A stretch of 64,000 nucleotides of DNA, taken from NCBI GenBank assembly GCA_043228905.1, contig JBHGNT010000007.1:20832001-20896000 (forward strand). Reading direction: 5' to 3'. The stretch's first letter is position 1; each line of letters starts with the position of its first letter. Source of the DNA: Azolla caroliniana. Lineage: Eukaryota > Plantae > Polypodiophyta. The notes under the pieces were generated by a model. The model ran no database searches. It was not told where the DNA came from and saw nothing but the letters and a program-made list of their open reading frames with translations. Shown in pieces: positions 51,678-64,000 of this stretch. Made by a program: the position numbers and the translations under genes.

Positions 51678-51777
51678 NNNNNNNNNNNNNNNNNNNNNNN
51701 NNNNNNNNNNNNNNNNNNNNNNNNNNNNNNNNNNNNNNNNNNNNNNNNNNNNNNNNNNNNNNNNNNNNNNNNNNNNN
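51678..51777. other. Assembly gap (100 N)
   Basis: N run. Confidence 1.
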
Positions 51778-52149
51778 AAGATTTCTGGGAGATAGCCGAC
51801 GTGTGAAATGATGGATAATGAAGTTTGAAGTGTGTTTTCTTACGGACGAAACCACTAGGTCTAAGATGGCAGATATACTTACATATAAAGAGCCTATGCC
51901 CATAAGAAATGCAAAAGAGATAGATGCTCAAGTTAAGCCAAATAATGAAGTTGAGATAATGCTAAAGGATGTCAAAGGGGTGTTTTCTTTTGATGATGCC
52001 TTTAAACCAAAAACAAAGGTAGCAAGACTTGGATATGTTTTTATGGATAACAAATCTCATGAATTATGGAACTTGGAAATGGTCATATTGAAGCAAATTA
52101 TTACAATGAGGTTGACTATCTCAGTTTAATTCATGCTTTATGAGTGTGC

Positions 52150-53060
52150 TTAGAAAACGGATTTTAGAATGTGGTGGTAAAGGGGAATTCATTCTTGATC
52201 ATAAGTGGAGTTTAGATATCATTGGGTTGTTACCTACCTTTGGTTGTGACAAAATATACATTATGTCATCATTAGAATATGTTTCTCGTTGGCCTAAAGC
52301 ATGAGCTACATTTGTAAAGAGTAAAGAGATGGAAACATTTGTCTTTGAGCAAATAGTGTTCAGAGTTGGAGTGGCTTTAGAGCTAGTTATAAACAGTGGT
52401 CCAGAATTGAGAGGAAACTTTGTTAAAATTTTGATAAATCATTTGGAAATTGCGCATAAAAGAGTTACTCCATATCATCCACAATGTAATGGTTTGGTGG
52501 AATCTTTCAATGGAACCATCCAAAAGCTATATTCAAGTTGGTGGATTTGCATCCACGAAATTGGGACAAGGAATTGAACAAGGCACTTTGGCATGCAGGA
52601 TGTCACTTACGCTTTCTATGGGTTTTACCCCTTTCCATTTCGTGTATGGAGAAGATGCAATGATGCTTGCAAATTTGTTGTTTCATTCTATTCAGATGAT
52701 GGAGTGTTTGGGAATGCATAAAGGATTACAAATGGATATATGAAAGCAAGCTATGCATGATTTATTTTGGAAAAGGGATGATGCAATATGTTTCTATGAA
52801 AGTATATGTGAACGACGTGATACAAGAAGTGAAGCATTAGCAAAGAAGAAGACTTTAACATAAGGTACATTGGAATTGGTGTATAATAGTGCCTTGGATT
52901 AGACTTTTCAAAGAAAATTCAAGCACGGGTGGGATGGACCTTATATAATCCACAAGAAGTTTACCAATGGTATATATGAGTTGATGTATATGGATGGAAC
53001 ATTGATGAGAGAAAGAATCAATGGTGTGAGACTAAAGCCATATAGTTTATGCATAATGAG
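52150..53060 (+). pseudogene. Ty3/gypsy integrase remnant
   Basis: KWSLDIIG, TPYHPQCNGLVESFN, GFTPFHFVYG, WDGPY, RLKPY. Confidence 0.82.
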
Positions 53061-53109
53061 CTCCTGAGTGTCAACGACTTCTTAAGAGATGAAGAATAGA
53101 ACTTTTTCT

Positions 53110-54819
53110 TGTATATATTTCACAAAGAACTCATTTGTTCTTCAACTTTCCCTATTGCATTGTTTGTTCTATTGATAGTTATCTCATTCTTGTTATCTCT
53201 ATATCTTCTTGCATATAATTACCCTCATCTAGTATTCATGATTCCCTCCATTTTCCTCATGCTCACCCTTCCTATACAACACAAGGCCTCCACAAATTCT
53301 CCCCACTTTAATTTTAACACTTCTATACCTATTTCTAGGGTTGGCAAGTTTTCAATAGTATTAGTGGTATTGTAGACACTACCCACCTCGTGTTGACTTG
53401 GAGATATGGTGGGGTTGTTATTTGGAGTGTAGGAGAAGGTGCCATCATCTCCATTGGAACGTCTGATATGCATGTTCACATTTTCCTTACCTGCACAATG
53501 AAGAATAAAATATAATGGCATTCTTGGAACTTTCTCAACGCTAGCTTAGTCTTTCTATTCTAGCTGAATGCAACAACTTTCTCAATGTTTTGATTCCATT
53601 AAATTCACAGAATGTACAATGATGGAATAACTACTTGTCAATAGTTTCTATGTCTTTCTGACAAGACACAATAGTGCAATGATGCAAATTTTGTCGCAAA
53701 TGATGTGTGAGAGATGATCATAGCTGAAATAAGGTGAGAAGTTCAATAGTGTTCACGTTTTTTTTCTTATCTATATTTTCGTAATTGTTCTTTTTTGTTT
53801 TCAGCTTTTGCTTTTGTTTTTTTGTAGAAATTTCTATTTCCCCACTATAGAGATATATAAAGAATACGTAAAAAGTAGCATTGAAACTATACAAATAGTC
53901 CTTGGATTCTACTTATTATCATTATAGTTGTGGGTTCCTGTTGGTGTGGAGAAACCCCACAATTCGCCCCCTCTATCTGAAGTGGGGGCACAACCAAGCC
54001 TTCTTCTTGTTCATAAGGTTGGAGCTTCTGTCTTGGGTAACACTTTAGACTATCGTATCGGAGCCATTCTCATCAACCTTGTCAATGTACATTTGCTTTG
54101 CTTTGAGCACATATCGAACCAAATGGTACCGTTGCATCAATGTGTTTAGACTTGGTATGTAAAGAAGAATTCTCACACCTTTGAATATCACAATGCACAT
54201 TATAGGGTTCTTTCACCAAGCCTAACTCATGTAGGAACATCTTCTAACAAACCATAACACCTATCTAGAAGCTTCTATGAGAGCAATATATGTCTATATG
54301 CCAGTATGCTTCTTATCTAAATAATAAGAGAAAAAGTAAGTTCATAATGACGTGGATTGATTTCTATCCCACTCTCCAATGTTTGAATAGGAGTATAGGA
54401 ATAGAATATATGGCCAATTTGTGTAGTATATAGGTTAGATTTGTTTTGGTTCCATTAAATTCACAGAATGTAAAATGATGCAAAGATGCAACAACTAGTT
54501 GACACAATGTTGTCTTCATGTGTCTGATATTTATTATTCTTCACGTGCATGTGGCCAAGTATTTACCATTGATCTTGTCCATTCTCTGCTGATATGATGG
54601 GGCTTTTATTTGGTGTAATGTGGAGGGCATAATTATGATCGTCGGGTTTCTCTAGATTAACATGGATCTTCACAATCTGTTTAACTACACAGAAAATATT
54701 GAGGATAATATATTAGTAATGCGCTCTTTTTTCCCAAACCCTAATGAAACCCTAAAGCACAAAGCATGCAGGCCTACTTTCTTTATGGAAAGCTTACTTG
54801 GACAAACAATATTCTCCAT
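53110..54819 (-). pseudogene. Unknown spliced gene-like repeat, copy C
   Basis: ATG 54819 (MENIVCP)|GTAAGC; exon 2 KQIVKIHVNLEKPD; last exon GKENVNMHI..TFSYTPNNNPTISPSQ..IENLP; collinear with copy A. Confidence 0.5.
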
Positions 54820-55037
54820 TGTAGGTGTAGAGAGAGAGAGCTCCACAGAGAGAGACTAAGAGATAGAGAGAGATAACCCTGTTGGAGAGCCAATAAATGA
54901 TTAGTCACTTCTGTTAAGAACAATTCATATATATATATCTTTTTTATTGTGAAGAAGTGATTTGTGCAAATATGTGTGCACATTTTACTATGCAAGAACA
55001 AGAATCCCTATAATTGTTATGCAACATGCAATGCGAT

Positions 55038-56627
55038 TGTAAAGAATCGGGTATGATTCTTGTGTAGCGGAAGAGATGTGTGTTATGTGTATGTGTGAGA
55101 GGAATTAGAGGAGAGATGAGAGAACACAAGATAGATAGAAAAAGGAATACTGAAGAAGAAGGTGTATATTCACAAGTAGAATATGAACTACCAAATGTAG
55201 CATTACAAGGAGTCACAACCGGCTTAGTATGAAGTATGAGGAGGGTGCTTTATATAGAGTCACCCACTCTCTCTCTTGGGGAATTTGAAGACTCATAGTC
55301 ATGGGGAATATGTAACTCATTAGTTATGTGTCATAGAATATGATTCTATGACACAGTTAATGTGTAGAGAGTCGTGGTGTGACTCTTGACCTTTCAGTAA
55401 TCACACGTTGTGCTATGTTGATCTTGATTCTCAACACGCCCCCTCAAGCTCAACTTGGGTTGTTTCCTTTTGATTGATGTCCGCTTTGGTTGGTATCCGG
55501 TTCGGACGATCTCCAGTGTCCGCTTTGGCTCGTACTCGGTTCGGACGGTATCCGGTTCTCGCTTGTACTCCCCCTCAAGCTTGGCAAGTCATGGATCGTC
55601 AATCCAAGGTCTGACATGAATTATTGAAGCTTGTCGACTCCTAAGGCTTTGGTGAAGATGTCGGTCGTCTGAAGATTCGTGTTGATGTGTTGAAGGTCGA
55701 CTTCTCCAGCATGTACGCGCTCTCGAATGAAGTGATAGTGCACTTCGATGTGCTTTGTGCGCGCGTGGAACACCGGGTTCCAAGCCAAATATATACTGCT
55801 CATATTGTCGCAATAAATGGGAGTCGGATCCTTGATGGGGATGCCCAGATCCTTCAAAATCCTCTTGAGCCATACGGCTTCACATGCAGCTATGATTGCG
55901 CCCCTATATTCGGCCTCCGTACTCGAAAGTGCGACAGTAGGCTACTTCTTACTATTCCAATATATTGCTCCACTACCAAGCAAGAAGACAAATCCGGAGG
56001 TCGATTGTCGATCAGCTTTGTAGCCTGCCCAGTCCGCGTCTATGTACCCTTTGAGTCGTATTGGTGTGGATGATGCGTAGAGAACGTCGTAATCCATTGT
56101 GCCGCTCACGTATCGTAATTCTCGCTTAGCGCAATCCAAGTGAATGTCGCGTGGTTTTTGCATGAATTGGTTGAGGAGTCCGACTGGTCGTGAGATAGAT
56201 GAGACTCCCGATCAGTTGACGACATTGGGTTGGCTCACACTCGTCTGTGCCGGAGTCAACATCTAGTTTGAGGTTTTGATCGAGAGGCGTAGTGACCGAT
56301 TTGCACTCAGTCATCCGGAACTTGTACAACAAGTTGAGAATGTAGTGTCGTTGAGAGATCATAATGCCGGCCGGAATCCGAATTACTTCGATGCCAAGGA
56401 AGTAATGGAGTTCCTTCATGTCTGTCATCTCGAATTTTCCGAAGAGGAGGGACTTGACCTTGTTGATGTCGACTAGACTTTCACCTCCAATGACCAAATC
56501 ATCCACGTATAGGATGATGACAATTAGGCTTCTAGAGTCGTGTCGTACGTAGAGTGAGTTGTCTGATTTCGACATTTGAAAGCCGATTTGATGAAGATAG
56601 TGCGTAATCTTCGAATGCCACGCATGT
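55038..56627 (-). mobile_element. Copia 3' half (RT-RNaseH, PPT, LTR 55038-55436)
   Basis: ILYVDDL, YFLGIEV, DADWAG, NPVFHARTKHIEVHYHF; same family as 15425-17465. Confidence 0.88.
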
Positions 56628-59600
56628 TGTCGTGTTGTTACGCTCACGCGTATGGAATATGGCGCAACCGTGGGGGCCCTAAAGCGAGGAGCGCGAGAGT
56701 GAACCGGAAGAGAGGTTCGCAGAAACACGGAGAGACAGAAACGAAAGAATCAATTCCAATAACAATATAGATTATAGAGCTTGCAATGTTACAACCGGCA
56801 AGCCGGTGACAAACTCCACACAAACGAACACGCGCGCTGAAGTACGTGGTGGAGCCTCTACCAAAAGCACGCGGGCTTTCACGTAGCAGAGGTAGCCAAC
56901 CTGACCCAAAATCCCTACAGAAACAGCAATGATGGTGGAGGAGAGAGCTCGGTTCCCAGTTTGACAACAGTTCGTCCTCACATAAACGTGCGATCCCCAC
57001 TCAGCCCTTTTTCTCTCCTTTTATAGCACAAGGAGAGAGAGACATTATAGACTGTTACATCACTTTTATTCTCTGTCCTAGCAGACAGAGATCCTCCTCG
57101 ATTCCCTACCTAAATGCATGCGTGCTACCTAGGATAATTATATCATCTGCTTGTTCTTAACTATATGCATACATCAAAACATGTGCTCGTTTGTAAGGGC
57201 CAGTTTACGCACACTATCCACCGATTCCTCCTAGGGACGGTTTTCTCCACGACATCCGCCCCCACCTAACCGCGCATCCTCCGGTATGCGCAAGAATAGA
57301 CTTCTGTCAGAGAAGACCGGCCTGCGATTATCTTTCGCTCTCCAGTTCGCCACCTGCTCCGAACCGGTCATCGTCGCCATCCATGCTCTCTGGGTCCGGT
57401 TCATCCTCGTGCCGCTTCTTGAATGCTTTGATCCTCTTCCCGGCCACCGGCACAGTTATTCTTGTTCCATCGAGCTCCGCGAGGTGGTAGGTGCCATTGT
57501 CGTTGGCACTTGTCACTGTGTAAGGCCCAAACCACCTCCTCACAAACTTCTGCATTGCCTTGTGCTGGTTGTCGAGGCTATTGTCGTAGACCAAAACCCA
57601 GTCGCCTTCCTCAAATTTTCTTGGTCGTAGTCGGTGAGTCCGGTCGAATCGCCCCTTGTTCTTTGTCCTCGTTGCACGCAGCTTCACCGTTGCTCATTCC
57701 ACGTCCTCCGGTCTCCACTCGAGTTGTCAGATTCGTGCCGCTAACAGTTCCTCCCGGCTCATCTCATCTCTCCAGTCCATGGCGGCCCACAAGGAGATCA
57801 TTCGCTCCATCGGCATGATCGACTTCTATCCGTACATCAGCTCTGCCGGCATGAACCCGGTTACCGAACTGTGCGTAGTTCGGTCTACCCACAATGCGTA
57901 GGGTAGGAGTCGCGGCCAATTCCCGACTTGGCCTGCGCAGGCCCGTACCAACGTCTTTACGATCAGCCTGTGTCTGCGTTCCACCTTCCCATTTGCCTCT
58001 GCATTGTATGCCGTAGTGAGCGAGAATTTAACCCCTAACCGTTCAAGCAGCTCTTTAGCCTCTTGTGCATCCAACTCTCCACCGTCTACTACGATCTTCC
58101 CTACGCACTCGTACCGACATACCACCTCCTCGATTAGGAACCTGCACACGGCCGCGGTCGTTTTGTTTGGTAATGCTCAGCCCTCCACCTGGTTCGTCAG
58201 ATCCTCTCATGCCAGCACCAAGTATCGCATCTGCCCTACCCGCATCGGCATCGTCACCCGATCCACCTTCCACTAGAAGTGGACGATCGGCGAGTAAGTC
58301 GGGTGCAACTCGTCCCGATGTCGAACTATGGAATGCATCTGACAACTGTCGCAAGTCGTTACGAACCGATGTATGTCCCGGTATAGTCCCGGCCATCTGT
58401 ACTTCTCCTTCAGCTTTTCGAACGTGGCCCATGTCCCCCGGTGCCCAGCCCAAGGGCTCTCGTGGTAAGCCGTCAACAACGCTTCCTGCTCCTCCTTCCT
58501 CGCCACCACCAAGAGCGGGACGTCATCTCACTTCTTCGGGTGCTTCCATATGCTCCCGTCCAGTAGGAAGAGTCGGTATGCTTTCTTCCGGATCCGGTTA
58601 GCCTCTTCCCTTGTCCACGTCGCTCCCGACGTCATCATCTTCAGGAACCCACCAATCTGGAGCCACTCCCCGTCGTACTTGCTCTCGTTGAACTCGTTAA
58701 GCACCGGAGTGCTCCCAGCCCTTGAAGAAGCCTTCACCAACTTCTTCATTCTCCGAAACCATCCCGTCTTCGTCGTCGAACTGTGCTCTTGAAAGCATAT
58801 CGGCCATGGTGTTGTCTTTACCGGAGATGTGTCGTATCTCTGGATTTAGAGACTTGATGTATGCGATCCACCTGAGCATTGCCAGGTCCGAAGTCGCGCA
58901 TCTTGAAACCATACCGAGAATCGGTAGGCAGTCCGTCTCGATTATCACTTCCGTCCCGATTAGATAGTCCTTGTCGGCCTTGACTGCCGAAACGACACCC
59001 CACAGTTCACGCTTGACTTGGGCGTATCCTCATTGTCGCTCGCTCAATACCTTCGCCCCGAACTGGATCAGGAACCTCGTGCCGACTTCATCCTCCTGGT
59101 TGACCACCCATCCTATCCTTGTTGGGCTCGTGTCTACCGTAACGTAAATTGAGACGTTCTTGCCGTAAACCGCTTTTCGGAGTGCCGATGCCGCGGCAAG
59201 CACTTCTTTCATTTTCCCGACCGACTCCGCATGCTCCCTGCTCCACTCGAACTTGCGTCCTTTCTTCAACAACCCGTAGAGCGGCTCTGCGATATGGGCA
59301 TAATGTGGGATCCAAATGTGGTAGAATGCGCAAGCTCCCAAGAACCTCCGGACTTCTCTAACCGACCTGCAGTCTTCCTTCATCACGAAGATGGCTTCTA
59401 CCTTAGCCGGGGATGGTTTCCGGCCATAAGGCCCGCATAGGTGTCCAATGACCATGATTTCCGATTGTCCGAAAGCGGACTTCTCCCCGGAGAAGGTGAG
59501 TCGCGCCCCTTCGAGCTTCTGTAGCACCTTTTCGCAGTCTTTGATGTGGTCCGAGACGAATCTCCGACACCCGTCCGGTCCGACCATTTCGTCCTTACCT

Positions 59601-60392
59601 TCCACCGGACATCCCTTGATCGGAATGTCATCCAAAAATGGCATGGTGATGTTCGGGATGCAATCCCTTAGCACCTTATTCATCGCGTTCACCATGTGGG
59701 CTACCGAGTTTGTCGTCCCTCCTTGTGGAAGAGTACACATCTGCACTAGGCTGAGAGGAGTCTGCATCGTCGTAATATCCCTGCTCTCTACGGCTAGTTG
59801 GAATTGGTCGTACCCCGAGTATAGATCTCTGACCGAGTAAATTGACCTTCCGGCGAAGGCCTCCGCGAACTCATCAATGGTCATCCCGATCCCTGCGTTC
59901 CAAATGGTCACCTTGTTAACCGGCTGCAGGTCCTGAATAAAGCGCAACGTGTCATTCTTCTTAGGCACGGTGAACCACCGGTTCGAGTACGGGGCACTCG
60001 ACGGTTCGAGGATGCCCATCTCCACATTTTCCTTCATCAACTCCATCAGCTTCGGGATGTGAGCTCTGGGTACTGGAATTGGTTTGAGATTCCACGGCAC
60101 ATGCGGTACCGTAAAAATAACCATCGGCTCAACGACCGTCGGGTCAACGCACCCGATTTCTTCCAGCAAGAATGCAAAAGCCTTCCCATGCCTCCCGAGC
60201 ATTCTCCGAAACCGTTCTTCCTCCACCGGCAGTAGAAAGCCACCCCCACCAAGCTTGAGCTCCTGTAGCGTTGAGTTAGTGAACCGATGTCCTATTCCGG
60301 CCGGATCCCGTAGACGTAGGTCCAACGCGACCCCTTTCATCCGTAACCCGTTGCCCTCCGACAAGGGTGTCGCGACTGGCCTCACCTTCCGA
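56628..60392 (-). mobile_element. Ty3/gypsy pol (RT, RNaseH, integrase) with 3' LTR 56628-57254; 5' part displaced by insertion
   Basis: WFTVPKK..LRFIQDLQPVN, DLYSGYDQ, LPQG, PFLDD, VTVDTS, HESPWAGH..CDSCQ, ANGKVER, WFGPY; LTR TGTCGT..ACGACA; PPT at 57255-57266. Confidence 0.92.
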
Positions 60393-63300
60393 TGTCATGA
60401 AGATTTTCGTCCATAGGCGGAAACCGGGGTGGAATAGGCAAATCGGTGGTGTGCACCATGTGCACATGTATACTAGGAAATGGTGTATAGAAATAAGAGG
60501 GGAAATTCTATCCCACATTGTAAGGTCCCTCCCTCCTTGGGCTATAAAAGGAAGGGAGGGGTCACTTTTGAGGGGTTGCCTATTTTGAGGGAGAGAGGCA
60601 TACCACTTAGGTCGAGGGTTTCCTATTCAGTTTTAGGGTTTCGGTTAGGGTTTTCTTCTTGGGTTTTCCTTTAGGGTTTTTCTCATAGTCGTTGGTGCGG
60701 CCATGGCGGCCACCATTGTAAAGCATTTATGTTTCCTTAAGCTAACTTGTTGAGCATCTTGCCCCATCTATTCTATGTTATTGTCTTATTCTTTCTCACC
60801 TCCTCTTGAGCTAAGTTTCCATTTTGTGTCTTATTCTTTCTCCTCTACTCCTTAGTCCAAGACCCCCGTGGTCCCACCCCCTTCCACACGAACGCGCGTA
60901 ACAACGCGACATCTTTGGTGAACCCGACGTGAAGGGCGGCAAGGGAGCATGGAGATGGAAGAAGACTTCGACTTCGAGGAGATGATGGCAAAGATCGTAA
61001 TGGATGCGCGATGGAAAAAGGCGAGGCGAGATGCGGCTCAACAAGCCATCGAGAGGGTGGTCGATCGAGTCGGCCGATTCAACGGGGACGATGTCCCGAG
61101 GTTCTTGGAAGCATACGATGCCAAGATGACGGAGTGGGGCATGGACGAAGCGATGCGGCTAGAGTATTTTCCTCGAGTGGCAGTCGCATCGGTGCACAAG
61201 GAGGTTAAGGAGCTACGAGAAGCTCACGAGTCATGGGTGTCCTTGGAGGGAGCCCTATTGGAAGCATACGGATACGCGAAACCGGAGTGGGTATGCCGGC
61301 AACCCGATGGGGAGCGGTCGGCAACAACGTGGCCCACGAACGACGGAGAAGAGAGAGCGGCGAGTGAGTACGCACTACCACTGGAAGAGAGCTCAACGCA
61401 AAACAGTTCGGAGGAGCTCGACCTAGAAGCGCTAATACGGGAGGCATGCGAGCTTGTGAAGGGGAAAATCGAACCCGAAGAAGGGCTTATTATGGAGTCG
61501 GGCCGGAGGCGATCGGAGGATACGGAGGAAGAAGCCTCCTTAAGCGTAGAAGATGGGGCCTATACGGAGGTCAGAAGAGCGTACGACAGAGCCATGGGAG
61601 AGGGTGCGGAGCAAGCGACCCTCTTGCCTTGCGGTGAAGGGATGGCCATGGAGGCCGGTAACTACGGATTCGGGACATGGCAGCCCGAAGCATCGAGTGG
61701 GGAGGAGACAAGTGGCGGTGCCGGGTTCTTACCCACACCGGTTCTAGAGACTCCGGCATCCGGCCCGAGAGCCGGTGTGAGGCCTAGAGTGATGAATGGT
61801 GGCGGCGGCAAGTATAATCGAGGCTTGCGCGATCGGAGGTGGGGTAGCCACGGACAACGACTTCCGGACGAAGGCGGCTACGGACACAACGAGCGGTGGT
61901 GTTGGGTCCTTACCCACACCGGTCCTAGAGGCTCCGGCGGTCGGCCCGAGTGCCAGCGTGAGTCCTAGAGCGATGGGTGGTGGCGGTGGCAAAGCGGACG
62001 ACCGAAACGACAACGAGGAAGGTCATAACGGACGGAGGAAAGACCCCTCAACACCGAGACTGGAGACTACGGCGGTTGCGCTCAAATGCCAACATAAGAC
62101 CGGAGAGAAGGGCGGTGGCCGTGAAGAGGCGTGGCCCGGAGCGAGCACATACGAAGATGAGGATGCGAGGCCCAGAACGGGCATGTACGAGAGGACCGAC
62201 GGAGAGGTCGGGAGCGGCAAAGAGGAGAGAGTTGGGAACCGACCCGACCGGAAGATGAACCGGTCGATAATCCGACACGACCGGAAGACGAACCGGAGAA
62301 GAGCCGGCAAGGCCGGATTTGTTCGGACAAACATGTACTGGCCGGTTACGATTACGGAAGGGAGCCGACCAAACCGGAACTCGATCGGCCGAGACCCATC
62401 CGGGCGAAGGCTAAGTCGGCATGATTGGAGGTCGAGGCGAACGGGCCACAACACCCGGTGGGAGCCGGTGAGCGCGAGAGGGAGGCCAAGCGGGCATGAT
62501 GACTACGGTTCCGTGGAAGACCGGAAACAAGCGGGACCCTCCCCACCTATTCTAGAGACTTTGGCAGCTGCGAATCAACGTAAGACCGGAGAGACGGCAG
62601 GTGGCGGCGAGGAGTCGGAGACCGGAACGGACGAGGCTACCGGAACGAGTACCCGGTGCGTGAAGACGGACGAGCACGGCAAAGAGGGCCAAACGGAGAC
62701 GGAATGGTCTACGACGACAAAGGACGAAGAGACCGACACGGAGGTCGGGTTTACGACGGACAAGGCGCGTAATACGAAGTACGCACTACGGCGTAAAATG
62801 GAGCATGCACTACGGCCGGCGAAGGGCCAAGAAGCAAGCATGCAGCCGGAAGAGCGGCAACGAGTGACCGGCAACGGCGGACCGGTCGAGCCTTTGAGAG
62901 GCAAGCACGCTGCAAGAGACGGAGCGGTGAGTTGCCGGGATCGGCGGATGAACGACGAAAGTGGAGGATGGTGCGCGGAGAGCAAAGAGTTATGCAGCAC
63001 CGGGGAGAGACAAAGCGGCGGCTTCTCGAAGAGCATGCAAGGCCAAGCGGGCCAAGAGGGCGCAAGTCGAGGCGAGGCGGTAACGAGAGCCTCGAGGGAC
63101 ACCGACACGGAGGTCGGGATGACAATACGCTCTACTACAAGAGAGCACGGAGAGCAAGGGAGAATGGAGGTGCGCGTAATGGGGTCACCTAAGGGCCAAA
63201 GAATGAGCGCATATTCGGGGGACAACATCGGCGCACGGGAAGAGCCTACGGAAGGCAAGCGCGGAGCGGGAAGAATCGACACACCGAGGTGTTCGGCATG

Positions 63301-63946
63301 CGGAGACGATAAAACCAAAGGAGGAACATACGCGGCACAAAAAGGGCGGAATCCGGAGTGCGATCGGAGAGATCGGGAGCGCACCCGGAGGACATACAAG
63401 CCTTTGCGAGGAATGCACGCGACGAGAGACGGAGCAGTGAGGTGCCGGTATCGGCGGATGATCGGCGAGCATGGAAGGCTAAGTCTTGAGAACCGGGGGG
63501 GGGTGCGTGGAGAGCAACGGGCTACGCGCCGGGAAGAGGAAGCGCGGCGTCCTGGAAGGCATGCGAGGCCAAGCGGGCCAAGAGGACGAGAGTCGGGATG
63601 AAGCGGTAACGGGAGTCCCGAAGGACACTGACATGGTGGTCGGGATGACGGTATGCTCTACGGCGAGAGAGCATAGCGAGCAAAGGAGAAGCGAGGAGCG
63701 CATAATGAGGTCGTCGAGGAACCGAAGAACAAGCGCATGTTCGGGAGACAACAAGGGCACACGGAAAGAGCCTACGGAAGGTGAGCGCGGAATGGAGGGA
63801 ATCGGCACGAGGTGTTCGAGATGAAGAGAGGATCGATCCGGAGATAGAACACAAGCGGTACGCGAGGGGCGGAATCCGGCAAGCAAACGGGGTGACCGAG
63901 GGCCTAATCGAAGGACCTACGTGGCGGACAAAGTAAGAGTGACCGG
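60393..63946 (+). mobile_element. tRNA-Trp-primed gag-only LTR element (LTR 60393-60911)
   Basis: TGTCAT..GCGACA; PBS at 60916; gag-like ORF 60949-61968 (GRFNGDDVPRFL); repetitive GC-rich internal region with no pol motifs seen. Confidence 0.85.
60949..61968 (+). CDS. Gag-like ORF (N-terminal gag helix region plus acidic low-complexity tail)
   Basis: Starts just after the PBS; homologous to the ORFs at 41128 and 19843. Confidence 0.55.
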   Translation: MEMEEDFDFEEMMAKIVMDARWKKARRDAAQQAIERVVDRVGRFNGDDVPRFLEAYDAKMTEWGMDEAMRLEYFPRVAVASVHKEVKELREAHESWVSLEGALLEAYGYAKPEWVCRQPDGERSATTWPTNDGEERAASEYALPLEESSTQNSSEELDLEALIREACELVKGKIEPEEGLIMESGRRRSEDTEEEASLSVEDGAYTEVRRAYDRAMGEGAEQATLLPCGEGMAMEAGNYGFGTWQPEASSGEETSGGAGFLPTPVLETPASGPRAGVRPRVMNGGGGKYNRGLRDRRWGSHGQRLPDEGGYGHNERWCWVLTHTGPRGSGGRPECQRES

Positions 63947-64000
63947 TGTCGTGTGAATCTTCACACACTATGTAAAAATAATAATAAAATAATTATTATA
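63947..64000 (+). mobile_element. Start of another AT-rich LTR of the 823-bp family (runs off window)
   Basis: TGTCGTGTGAATCTTCACACACTATGTAAAAATAAT resembles 40314 TGTCGTAGTGTGAATCACACACTACGTGAAATATGTAAAAT; no PPT before it. Confidence 0.7.

Overview
This is transposon-dense, GA-microsatellite-rich eukaryotic DNA from a land plant. The element inventory is more suggestive of a fern or other non-seed plant, which is an inference only. No intact host gene is recognisable. Two elements look intact. One is a minus-strand RTEX/L2-like LINE (ORF1 7987-8778, ORF2 4234-7980) whose two ORFs are in the same frame, separated by a single UGA-CGG, with no AUG ahead of the endonuclease. The other is a Tnt1/Tork-like Ty1/copia (24556-29902, GCTTG TSD) inserted in an 84-bp satellite. 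A Ty3/gypsy family with TGTCRT..RCGACA termini occurs five times, and a tRNA-Trp primer site is present in the three copies whose 5' LTR end is visible. These are one pol-encoding copy, three gag-only derivatives and one LTR start. All five sit at NCGN sites (one reconstructed), with a 4-bp TSD where both ends are visible. One LTR type carries a tRNA-like A/B-box and a terminal hairpin. Also present are a Sola2-like transposase remnant with a satellite-filled intron, a degraded L1, many copia/gypsy fragments and solo LTRs, three decayed copies of an unknown spliced gene, and a 100-N gap.
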